From assembly GCA_040220235.1 (NCBI GenBank), contig JAVJTO010000025.1: 10,981 bases of DNA; one strand, given 5' to 3'. This DNA comes from Coleofasciculus sp. B1-GNL1-01 (GTDB lineage Bacteria > Cyanobacteriota > Cyanobacteriia > Cyanobacteriales > Coleofasciculaceae). Shown in pieces: positions 1 through 7,593 of this stretch; within the stretch, counting starts at the first letter, position 1, and every line of letters begins with the position of its first letter. Both the position numbers and the translations under genes were made by a program. The notes below the pieces were generated by a model. It had not been told where the DNA came from. It made no database searches and saw only the letters and a list, made by a program, of their open reading frames with translations.

Positions 1-141
1 GAGATGTAGCAGCCGCCCAAGTAGTCTGTATTCGTGGACTTGCAGCCGTGGGACACACGGTCAAGATGCTTTCTGAGGGTAAATTCATTGGAATCCCTAT
101 GACGGAAGAATCACCCGCGCTTTAAGCCGGGTGAGTGTCAA
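1..141 (+). mobile_element. Right end of an IS200/IS605 element (subterminal hairpin plus TCAA terminus; probable omegaRNA scaffold region)
   Basis: Hairpin TCACCCG(111-117)...CGGGTGA(128-134) overlaps the tnpB stop and is followed by GTG-TCAA (TCAA at 138-141), the classic right-end layout. Confidence 0.8.
3..125 (+). CDS. tnpB: C-terminal fragment of an IS200/IS605 TnpB RNA-guided endonuclease (gene starts upstream of the window)
   Basis: The frame from position 3 reads DVAAAQVVCIRGLAAVGHTVKMLSEGKFIGIPMTEESPAL*. (R)DVAAA resembles the RuvC-III motif, followed by a typical cyanobacterial TnpB tail. TAA stop at 123-125. Not in the ORF track. Confidence 0.85.
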   Translation, partial: DVAAAQVVCIRGLAAVGHTVKMLSEGKFIGIPMTEESPAL

Positions 142-212
142 ATACAGATCCTGCTTAGGGTTAGTAGCACGCTCGATAAGCATTTGGGCAGTGCCAAAAC
201 CCTTGATATACT

Positions 213-233
213 GTAGGGTGGGCATTGCCCACC
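213..233 (+). repeat. GTAG-type REP-like palindrome
   Basis: GTAG followed by GGTGGGCA-T-TGCCCACC (217-233). A degenerate related copy (TTGGGCAGTGCCAAAA) lies at about 184-199. Confidence 0.75.
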
Positions 234-412
234 AGCCTTAAATCAGTACCATTCTACTTTGGGTTTGGGTAAATCGGGTGTCGGGTGTAGTTTGTACTTA
301 TTTGACTGAGCCTAAATCAGAGCAAACAGGAGTCGGTTTTGGATCAGAAGTAGCAACTTTTTTTATTCATTTCCTTTAAAAAAAAAGGCTGAGCCAATTA
401 TCTATCTTGAAG

Positions 413-2398
413 TTATCTGCTATCCTGCAAAACCTTGTTTAACTGAATACCCAAAGGTCTTTTATCTAAACCAACTCCTAAATTCATCGGTGTGAAGCAC
501 CTTGAAGTTTTAATTTGTAGTGAAATGTTAGAACCTGTTTTTAATTGAGAGATATCTAAACTTTCCTGATACTCACCTGGAGAATTAATCAAGCGTTGGT
601 AGTAAGCAATCGTTTGTCCTTGTTGTTCTAAGTTGAAGTCAATCGTCAGAGGACGCCTTTGAGCATCGGCATGATGGACAATATAATTGAGCATGAGATA
701 TTTTCCAGTGACTGTATAGGTTTCTTTAAACAGACCGCTCGTCTGGCGATCGCTGTATTCAGCAGGTTTATAACAGAAAAACTGTGATTGGAAAGGAAGT
801 TTACCATAGCTAGTTTTTACTTCATAAATTGCTCCGACGATTAGGGTTGTTGTCATTGCTATAAGGAAATAACGCCAAGTCTTAGGTAACTGTATTAGCC
901 GGATTGTCGGGGAAATTGATTTTTCTGGTTCTTTATCTATATTGGATGCTCCTAGTAAGATAAACAGTAGGAAAAGCAGGTTAGGGAGCAAAAGGGAATG
1001 ACCATAGAGATTTCCCGAAAATAGTCCCAATATCAGTAGGGTTATGATTCCTGTGTGTTTATTCCTCAGGTACAGACCTTGGTAAAGAAAGAGGGTACAA
1101 AAAATAACCAACCCGATCAAACCCATTTCAACCAGAATTTGTAAAAAGTAGTTATGGGCATTTTCTCCATTATATTGGGCAAAGAAATGAGATTGGCTAA
1201 ACTCAGCGATTGAACTTTGACGATAAAAAATGCCTTTGCCTAAACCCAGAATAGGATAGTGGCTATACATTAATAGATTGGAACGAAATATGTCAGGGCG
1301 CTGACTTAGAGCAGTGTTAAAGTCTTCAAACGATTGAGAGTGGAACACTGAATAAAGTCGGCTGAATAAGCCTCTGTTATCCCAGTGAACACTTAAATAA
1401 GCTGTTCCTAAAACTAGAATAATACTAAGGATAACTGTTGTTATCTTACCTCGGTTTTTAGTCCGGAAAACAAAAAATAAATAACTAATAACGACAATAC
1501 CTAACATGACGATCGCAAAGCGAGAAGCACTAACAACGACTCCAGCAACCGCCAGTAATGAAAAAGCCCCGGCTATCCATTTAATCAAGACATTAGTGCT
1601 GCTTAAATAATAGAGTCCCCCCATAACAGCGGCTAGAGCATATCCTCCATAAGCGTGAATATCGGGGAGAAAACTGTTGACACCAGTAGCGACGCCATCT
1701 CGATTGTAGCCAAGTCCCGTTAACTTTGACCACAGTGCATAACCTAAAATGATAGTTGTCGCGATAGCCAGAGGTATTAATAGGCTTTGTTTTAACTGTG
1801 ACGGGGTGCGGATTAGGTTGAGTAACCTGATGCTGAGTGTAATCGCAGCGGTAAAAATAACCAGATCTCTGAGCGGAAAATAGTCATCATGAAAGCTGAG
1901 ATAACGGATATTAGCAAGATTGTAGAAAAATCCTTTAACAGAGTAGGGAGATACCGACTGGTAAAGATTGCGAGATATAGCAATAGCGATAGTTATAATA
2001 ATGATAAGATGAAAAGCAATTAGTATGGATTCAAGGAGACTAGCTTTATCCCAGCTTTTATTCCTATCAAGTTTCAATCTATTGGTGAAAGTATATAGGA
2101 GTAATACCCCGAATAAAACCCCAATCACACCATCAAGGCTCAAACTATCTACCATGGGAATGGCGATATTAAATAGGGCTTGAGTTTGATGGAAAAACCC
2201 TGCTGTGAAGGGAAGTAAAAATACTAAAATGCATATACCATAAATAGGATTAATTATCGTTGAGATCAGCAATCCTAAAAATAGAACTATATTAACCCAA
2301 GGCAAGGTATTATAAGCGTTGAAAAAGATTTGGAGAATGAAGCAAATACTTAGAAAGATTGTTGAAGCGAAAAAGTGAAATTTTATTACCTTAGTCAT
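413..2398 (-). CDS. O-antigen ligase / Wzy_C family membrane protein with an extra C-terminal soluble domain
   Basis: 661 aa with many hydrophobic segments. Motifs SASR, RPDIF...PILGLGKG and NAHNYFLQILVEMGLIG match the Wzy_C/WaaL signature. About 130 hydrophilic C-terminal residues end in DKRPLGI. Confidence 0.85.
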   Translation of the reverse strand: MTKVIKFHFFASTIFLSICFILQIFFNAYNTLPWVNIVLFLGLLISTIINPIYGICILVFLLPFTAGFFHQTQALFNIAIPMVDSLSLDGVIGVLFGVLLLYTFTNRLKLDRNKSWDKASLLESILIAFHLIIIITIAIAISRNLYQSVSPYSVKGFFYNLANIRYLSFHDDYFPLRDLVIFTAAITLSIRLLNLIRTPSQLKQSLLIPLAIATTIILGYALWSKLTGLGYNRDGVATGVNSFLPDIHAYGGYALAAVMGGLYYLSSTNVLIKWIAGAFSLLAVAGVVVSASRFAIVMLGIVVISYLFFVFRTKNRGKITTVILSIILVLGTAYLSVHWDNRGLFSRLYSVFHSQSFEDFNTALSQRPDIFRSNLLMYSHYPILGLGKGIFYRQSSIAEFSQSHFFAQYNGENAHNYFLQILVEMGLIGLVIFCTLFLYQGLYLRNKHTGIITLLILGLFSGNLYGHSLLLPNLLFLLFILLGASNIDKEPEKSISPTIRLIQLPKTWRYFLIAMTTTLIVGAIYEVKTSYGKLPFQSQFFCYKPAEYSDRQTSGLFKETYTVTGKYLMLNYIVHHADAQRRPLTIDFNLEQQGQTIAYYQRLINSPGEYQESLDISQLKTGSNISLQIKTSRCFTPMNLGVGLDKRPLGIQLNKVLQDSR

Positions 2399-2424
2399 CA
2401 GCGAATATACATTGAAGTGAAGTA

Positions 2425-4359
2425 TTATCTGTTGCCCATTCCCTGTTCCATAGCTAGCTGTTTACATACTGGATAATCTGCCAGAACAGTAATACAATGT
2501 TGAGCGGTTTTCCAGAGACAATCAGGAGGTAAGCTAGCCTTAGTCGCGTCTAAGAGCGTCGCGATCGCCTTTTCCCGAGATAAGGGTGATGGCGGTTGAC
2601 TGGAAACCGCTAGGATTTTGGGGTGAGCAGTGGGTATGACTTGTTCTGTTGCACAGACTAACGATTCATGCAGTTTCTCACCGGGACGCAATCCGGTAAT
2701 CTTAATTGGGATATCTAGTTCTGGCATGAAACCCGTAAGGTGGATCATTTGTTCTGCCAAGTCTAAGATTTTTACAGGTTGACCCATATCCAAAATTAGG
2801 GTTTGACCGGATTGTCCCACAGCAAGGCTTTGAATGACAAGCTGAGAGGCTTCAGGAGTGGTCATGAAATAACGGGTCATGCTGGGATCAGTCACGGTGA
2901 CAGGACCGCCTCGGGCAATTTGTGCCTGGAAAATCGGGATCACACTACCGCGACTCCCTAAAACGTTGCCAAAGCGTACCACAAGAAAGCGGGTTTGGCT
3001 TTTGGCGGCGCACGCTTTAACCAGGAGTTCGGCTAAACGCTTACTTAAGCCCATAAAGTTACAGGGATCAACGGCTTTATCAGTAGAAATGAGGACAAAG
3101 GTATCTACACCCTGTTGTTCCGCCAGTTGTGCCAGATGAGCCGACGCCAAAGCATTGTTCTCTAGGGCTTCAGTGGGGTTATGCTGCATTAAGGGGACAT
3201 GTTTGTGAGCTGCTGCATGGAAGACAAGTTCCGGTTGCCAGGTTTGGAAGATTGTCTGGATACGACGCTGATGGCGGATATCGGCAATAATTGGTGTCGC
3301 CTTCAGGTTGGGGAAGTCGTGGCGCAGTTCTTGCTCAATGTTGAAAATACTATTTTCCCCGCGTCCCAGTAATAGGAGGTGTTGGGGTTCGAGACGGGCA
3401 AGCTGGCGACAGATTTCTGAGCCAATCGTACCCCCTGCACCCGTAACTAGAACCGTGCGCTGATAGACTTGCGATCGCGCGGAGGGGAATTGCTGATTAA
3501 ATTCATCGGCAAAGTCGAGTTTAATCTCCGGGCGTCCCAGGATATCCTGGATTTGGATGGGTCTAGCTTGGGGAGTCAGGGAGCGATCGCACAACAGTTC
3601 GGCTTGTCCCGGTAGCACTTTCAGTTTCAGGGCGCTACCCTGGGCAAAATCCACTAATTTACGGATTTGGGATGCCTTAGCTGAGGGCATAGAAATTAGC
3701 ACTTCATCGGCGTTGAGGCGTTGGGCGATGGGTACAAGTTGAGATGTTGTACCCAGAACCGGAATACCCTCCACCTTACGTCCTATCTTCGTTGGATCAT
3801 CATCCAGAAAACCGAGAATTTCTAAGTTAAGCTGGCGATTTTGGTTGACTTCCTGGACAATTTGTGATCCAGCCCGCCCCGCGCCCACTAATAGTACCCG
3901 CTGGGAATCTCTGGGTGAAGCTGTGCGATCGCGTGGATGATACCGAACTAACCGACGACGGCTGTAGCGCAAGGCAATCATCCCCATTACACAAAAACTC
4001 CAGTCAATCACCGCCACACCCAAAGGAATTCCCGAAAAGGACGTAAAACGGGGAATCACTAAACGAGTGATAACCAGAACTACTAAGGAATAAAGGGTAA
4101 TGGACTGGCATAGGGTAGTAGCATCTTTCAGCCCAAACAGACGCCAGACTTGCCTGTACAAACCAAAGGTAGCGTGGAACAGTAAACGCCCTGGAATCGC
4201 CAATAGGGGCAGCATCCAAGCCAGGGTTTGGTGAGAAGCAGGAATATGACCATCAAAGCGGAACCAAAAAGCAAGGCTGCAAGCTGACCAAGCTACAAAT
4301 CCATCAAGTCCGAGTTGTCCCAATCGATATACGGACGGAAAGAGCCTTTTTTGGGGCAT
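2425..4359 (-). CDS. capD: Polysaccharide biosynthesis protein, CapD/PglF/WbpM-type membrane-anchored UDP-GlcNAc 4,6-dehydratase
   Basis: N-terminal TM helices, a VGAGRAG...GFLDDDP domain and an SDR domain with VTGAGGTIGSE, FHAAAHKHVP, STDKAV, MGLSK, VRFGNVLGSRGSV and GLRPGEKLHE. Start moved from the track's GTG 4446 to ATG 4359, which has GAGGTG 6 nt upstream (644 aa). Confidence 0.92.
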   Translation of the reverse strand: MPQKRLFPSVYRLGQLGLDGFVAWSACSLAFWFRFDGHIPASHQTLAWMLPLLAIPGRLLFHATFGLYRQVWRLFGLKDATTLCQSITLYSLVVLVITRLVIPRFTSFSGIPLGVAVIDWSFCVMGMIALRYSRRRLVRYHPRDRTASPRDSQRVLLVGAGRAGSQIVQEVNQNRQLNLEILGFLDDDPTKIGRKVEGIPVLGTTSQLVPIAQRLNADEVLISMPSAKASQIRKLVDFAQGSALKLKVLPGQAELLCDRSLTPQARPIQIQDILGRPEIKLDFADEFNQQFPSARSQVYQRTVLVTGAGGTIGSEICRQLARLEPQHLLLLGRGENSIFNIEQELRHDFPNLKATPIIADIRHQRRIQTIFQTWQPELVFHAAAHKHVPLMQHNPTEALENNALASAHLAQLAEQQGVDTFVLISTDKAVDPCNFMGLSKRLAELLVKACAAKSQTRFLVVRFGNVLGSRGSVIPIFQAQIARGGPVTVTDPSMTRYFMTTPEASQLVIQSLAVGQSGQTLILDMGQPVKILDLAEQMIHLTGFMPELDIPIKITGLRPGEKLHESLVCATEQVIPTAHPKILAVSSQPPSPLSREKAIATLLDATKASLPPDCLWKTAQHCITVLADYPVCKQLAMEQGMGNR

Positions 4360-4828
4360 GAACGGCACCTCTAAGGCGATACTGGCTGCAACAAGGTATG
4401 ATACATTGGCTTTAACGTCCTGGCTAGGATCAATTTTGTTCCCCACAGATAAGCATATCAGTTGCCCAAAAGGTTTTCGGTGGCGATCGCTCCGGGAATT
4501 GAACCCCTATCGGTAGAAAACAGATTCATTGGTCTCAATTTCAGTTCAAACAGTTGTAATACCTTGATCTGACCCCTCCCTAACCCCACGATTCTAAGGC
4601 AAAAGGTTCTACCTGTTGAAGGCGTTGGAAATCGTTGTCGATAGAAACATCATGTCTAGAAACGCTCTAACTTGCTGGAGGTTAGCTGTTGTTCGCTCAG
4701 ATTTAGCTGCCATGTAGAAGAGTTCTCCACAGACGATGACACTGGTGGCAACACCTGCATCACTGTGAACTTGTAGCTGTTGAATGAGAGTCGGTTCGCC
4801 GAAGATGATGCGGCTACAGTGGTTGGTA

Positions 4829-4975
4829 AGCTGTAATGCATTTAAATTGGGTATTAGTAGCGAGCAAGATGCAAAGCCTGCGGCATGGCTTCGCTAAAGC
4901 CTGCGGCATGGCTTCGCTAAACGCACTACAAGGATCTCGCAATTCTTGACATTATGGTTTAAATGCCGAACAGCT
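4829..4975. mobile_element. 147-bp MITE with 18-bp imperfect terminal inverted repeats and a TA target duplication
   Basis: Left TIR AGCTGTAATGCATTTAAA (4829-4846) versus the reverse complement of 4958-4975, AGCTGTTCGGCATTTAAA (15/18). TA at 4827-4828 and 4976-4977. Excision leaving one TA restores the vapC frame exactly. Confidence 0.9.
4873..4918 (+). repeat. Two perfect tandem copies of the 23-bp unit AAAGCCTGCGGCATGGCTTCGCT inside the MITE's REP hairpin
   Basis: Units at 4873-4895 and 4896-4918. The uninterrupted hairpin GCGAGCAAGATGCTCGCACTAC is seen at 7682-7703. Confidence 0.9.
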
Positions 4976-4990
4976 TATCGAGCAAATACA

Positions 4991-5260
4991 TCAGAATTCG
5001 GATGGGGAACGAGTCTCGTAAACACGTTGAAGGCATTCCTCGAAGTCTTCGCCCTGCCAAGTTCCAGCGAATCTTAGCAAATCTTTGGCTTTGGAGCCAC
5101 GCAAAATGGGTTCCCCATCCGGAATCGGAACGGTTCTAGCTCGAGTAGCAGGGCGGGTGGATCGGGTTTTGAGGTATTCGAGATAGTCAAGAATTTGCTC
5201 CAGAATGGGTTCTGGGGTGGATTCGATCGCAATCAGCAATTGTTCTTTAGTGGTGGTCAT
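4991..5260 (-). CDS. Putative antitoxin (DUF2281-like N-terminus), cognate to the vapC pseudogene
   Basis: 89 aa. KEQLLIAIESTPEPILEQILDYLEYLK followed by LLRFAGTWQGEDFEECL. Translationally coupled to vapC. Confidence 0.75.
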   Translation of the reverse strand: MTTTKEQLLIAIESTPEPILEQILDYLEYLKTRSTRPATRARTVPIPDGEPILRGSKAKDLLRFAGTWQGEDFEECLQRVYETRSPSEF

Positions 5261-5329
5261 AGATTAGTGGCATAGACAATACAGCTATTTTAATTTTGCC
5301 TTAAGGTCATTAAAGAAAACAGCAGGTTC

Positions 5330-5350
5330 GTAGTGGGAACTTTAGTTCCC
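5330..5350 (+). repeat. Short GTAG-led palindrome (REP-like; possible terminator or stabiliser hairpin after the wzz-like gene)
   Basis: GTAGT-GGGAACT-TT-AGTTCCC, about 10 bp past the stop of the 5360-6208 gene. Confidence 0.5.
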
Positions 5351-5359
5351 TAAGCGTAG

Positions 5360-6208
5360 CTACTTTTTCTGGGATAACTCATCCTTGAGGCGTCTGGCTT
5401 GATCGCGGATAATCGCAGCGAGGATGGCAACCATGAAACTGGCGATCGCAGCTAGTACGGCGATTTGTACTATAGAGCGCGTTGGTTCAACTTTGGATTC
5501 GCTTAAGAGTTGGATGGAGATGATTTGAGAGGTAAACTCCGCTAGATCTTCCTGGGCGGGTTCGAGATACTGTTTGTCAAATTCTAGGCTGGCAATGCGA
5601 GCCAAGACTTCTGCTCGCTGTGTCTCAAGTGCCTCAAGCCTGACAGCCGTTCTAATCCGTTGGGGATCGATGCCATTGGGATCACGAACTTGAGCAATTT
5701 GTTGGTTGAGTTGTTCGAGAACTTGTTGCTGTTTCTGGATTTCTAGCTCGGTGCTGAAGAGACTATTGGCGATCGCTTGACCAAATATGCCTTTAAACTC
5801 CTGCTGGAGCAGGGTAGAGACTTGAGAACCCACTTCAGCTAAGAAACCAGTATCGGGCGATCGCACGGTGATGTCGATCTGCTGGGTTTCCGTGTTATAG
5901 GTGGGTTTGACCTCAGTTTCATCGATTTTGTCGTAGTGATTCTCCAACAGTTTCACCGTTTTATTGCTGGCTTGCTGGATATCAACGCCAGGGATACCAG
6001 AGACAGAGATAGGAACCGGGGTGACTGAGAGGGTGAGCTGTTTCTGGTATTGTTTGGGCATCAGCAGGGATAGCGCGATCGCGACGGCTGAGAGTCCCAG
6101 TGTTCCCCATGCCATAAACGTCCAGTTGCGGCGGAAAAACTGAATAATATCGAGCAAGGAAATTTCATCTTCATCCTCAATCGTTCTCAGTTCTGTGTTT
6201 TGCATCAA
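5360..6208 (-). CDS. wzz: Wzz-like polysaccharide chain-length determinant (co-polymerase)
   Basis: EDEISLLDIIQFFRRNW, TM1, PKQY, a central Q/E/L-rich coiled coil, then P-x-R and TM2 near the C-terminus. No kinase domain. AGGAGG RBS at 6218-6223; the start is TTG 6208 or ATG 6205. Confidence 0.8.
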   Translation of the reverse strand: MMQNTELRTIEDEDEISLLDIIQFFRRNWTFMAWGTLGLSAVAIALSLLMPKQYQKQLTLSVTPVPISVSGIPGVDIQQASNKTVKLLENHYDKIDETEVKPTYNTETQQIDITVRSPDTGFLAEVGSQVSTLLQQEFKGIFGQAIANSLFSTELEIQKQQQVLEQLNQQIAQVRDPNGIDPQRIRTAVRLEALETQRAEVLARIASLEFDKQYLEPAQEDLAEFTSQIISIQLLSESKVEPTRSIVQIAVLAAIASFMVAILAAIIRDQARRLKDELSQKK

Positions 6209-6463
6209 TTCCGTTTTCCTCCTACACCGATGCTCATGATTAAAACTAGCATACAGCGCCTTGGCTGTAGCACCATGAGATTTAATAAGTGACTGATGTC
6301 AATTAAACTTTCTAGATCTGCAAGGGACAATCAGAAACTCTAGTGCTAACTTTGGGATATACTACTCTTTCAAATGGGGTAGCAACAACCCAGCTAGATC
6401 ATGAAAGCTAGGCGCCCGATTCAATGGTCAAATCTATTCCACAATTTTAGCTGTGCCACGCCA

Positions 6464-6552
6464 GTAGGGTGGGTTAGGCGGTATTAAATTTAGGAAATGA
6501 ACCATTCAATAATAAATCCGCCGTAACCCACTAAGTTATCATTGATTCCAGA
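6464..6552 (+). repeat. 89-bp GTAG-led REPIN-like dispersed repeat, copy 1
   Basis: 87/89 identical to 7778-7866. Internal inverted arms GGTGGGTTAGGCGG ... CCGCCGTAACCCAC surround an AT-rich spacer. Confidence 0.92.
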
Positions 6553-6571
6553 TAAAAATGTAGTTGGGTCA

Positions 6572-6627
6572 GATGCGTTGCTGCACTTAGATGAGACTTG
6601 TGGGGGCGATCGCGAATTAGTGAAGAT
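6572..6627 (+). pseudogene. Small remnant of a Uma2-family gene
   Basis: Aligns with 10546-10602 of the intact Uma2 gene (47/57 by manual alignment, one gap): DALLHLDETCG-RSRISED versus DALLRLDEQSGGRSRISED. Confidence 0.75.
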
Positions 6628-6784
6628 ATAGCGGTACTAAGACAGGTTAGGACATTCTTTACTGTTCGTTGAAGGAGTGCCATCCGATTGGGTAGTGAAG
6701 GATGATATAAATGGAAATTAGAACAGAGCGTGTAAATGGAAATTCCGATTGGCTACTTAAAATACCTAAGTTGAGGTAATTCAG

Positions 6785-7576
6785 ATGCCTTCTCCCTTTC
6801 CGGGTATAGACCCTTATTTAGAACATTCCGAATTATGGGCGGAGGTTCATAGTCGGTTAATCGTGAACCTAGCCGATTTTTTGGGTCCGCAACTGCGCCC
6901 TAAATACCGAGTCGCTGTTGAAAAACGAACCTACACTGATCTGTCAGACGCCGCGTTAGTCGGGCTTCCCGATGTGGCTGTTGTGTCTAGAGGTTCAACC
7001 CCAAATCAGAACTCATCAACAACTTCATCAACGGCGACCGTATTAACTCAAAATGAACCTGTAACGGTTAGAATACCGATGCCGGAAGAAGTCAGGGAGA
7101 GTTATTTAGAAATTCGAGAAATTGGAACGGGGGCGGTGGTGACAGCTATAGAAATCCTGTCCCCGAAAAATAAGCGTGCGGGTGTGGGGCGTCAAGCTTA
7201 TTCTCGCAAGCGCCTGGAGGTTTTAGGCAGTTTTACTCATTTAGTCGAAATTGATTTGCTTAGGGGGGGAAAGCCGATGCTGATTTTGGGAGAAAGACCG
7301 CCTAGTGATTATAATATCCTAATCAGTCGTAGCGACCAACGACCCCTAGCTCAGTTGTATAGGTTTGGGGTTCGTGATAAAGTTCCGGTTTTTCCGCTGC
7401 CCTTAAAGTCAACCGATGTGGAACCTATCGTGGATTTACAGGAGTTATTCACCCAAGTCTATGACAGAGCCAGCTTTGACTTAGCCGTGGATTATGGAAG
7501 TGAACCCGTACCCCCTCTCAAAGCAGATGATGCAGCTTGGGCGGCTACCCTGTTGGAAGAGAGTGGATGGCGATAA
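6785..7576 (+). CDS. DUF4058 family protein (PD-(D/E)XK nuclease-like)
   Basis: Characteristic MPSPFPGIDPYLE start, PDVAV, IEILSPKNK, HLVEIDLLRGG and DYGSEPVPPL. GAGGT RBS upstream. Confidence 0.9.
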   Translation: MPSPFPGIDPYLEHSELWAEVHSRLIVNLADFLGPQLRPKYRVAVEKRTYTDLSDAALVGLPDVAVVSRGSTPNQNSSTTSSTATVLTQNEPVTVRIPMPEEVRESYLEIREIGTGAVVTAIEILSPKNKRAGVGRQAYSRKRLEVLGSFTHLVEIDLLRGGKPMLILGERPPSDYNILISRSDQRPLAQLYRFGVRDKVPVFPLPLKSTDVEPIVDLQELFTQVYDRASFDLAVDYGSEPVPPLKADDAAWAATLLEESGWR

Positions 7577-7593
7577 TTGTTAAGAAGAGTGTA

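Larger units (their letters stand above)
4580..4991 (-). pseudogene. vapC: VapC (PIN-domain) toxin pseudogene: MITE insertion plus internal deletion and frameshift
   Basis: Removing 4829-4977 rejoins MYLLD|TNHCSRIIFGEPTLIQQLQVHSDAGVATSVIVCGELFYMAAKSERTTANLQQVRAFLD. Another frame (4648-4580) gives the PIN C-terminus VSIDNDFQRLQQVEPFALESWG*. The ATG (4991-4989) overlaps the upstream gene's TGA (TGATG). Confidence 0.9.

Noticed and set aside
274..287. TCGGGTG x2 heptamer (STRR-like)
   Set aside because: Only two units, too short to distinguish from a decayed repeat or chance.
378..395. Intrinsic terminator after the ligase gene (GGCTCAGCC + T9 on the minus strand)
   Set aside because: The U-tract is good but the stem is only 3 bp, too weak to call.
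2879..4219. ORFs 2879-3139, 3557-3742, 3864-4046 and 4004-4219
   Set aside because: Antisense or off-frame shadows of the well-supported capD gene, with no recognisable motifs.
4360..4446. Extended N-terminus of CapD from GTG 4446 (likewise GTG 10213 for Uma2)
   Set aside because: The downstream ATGs (4359, 10261) have clear Shine-Dalgarno motifs, and the extensions show no family features.
4656..4841. 61-aa ORF from the track
   Set aside because: It starts inside the MITE TIR and is an alternative frame over the vapC pseudogene.
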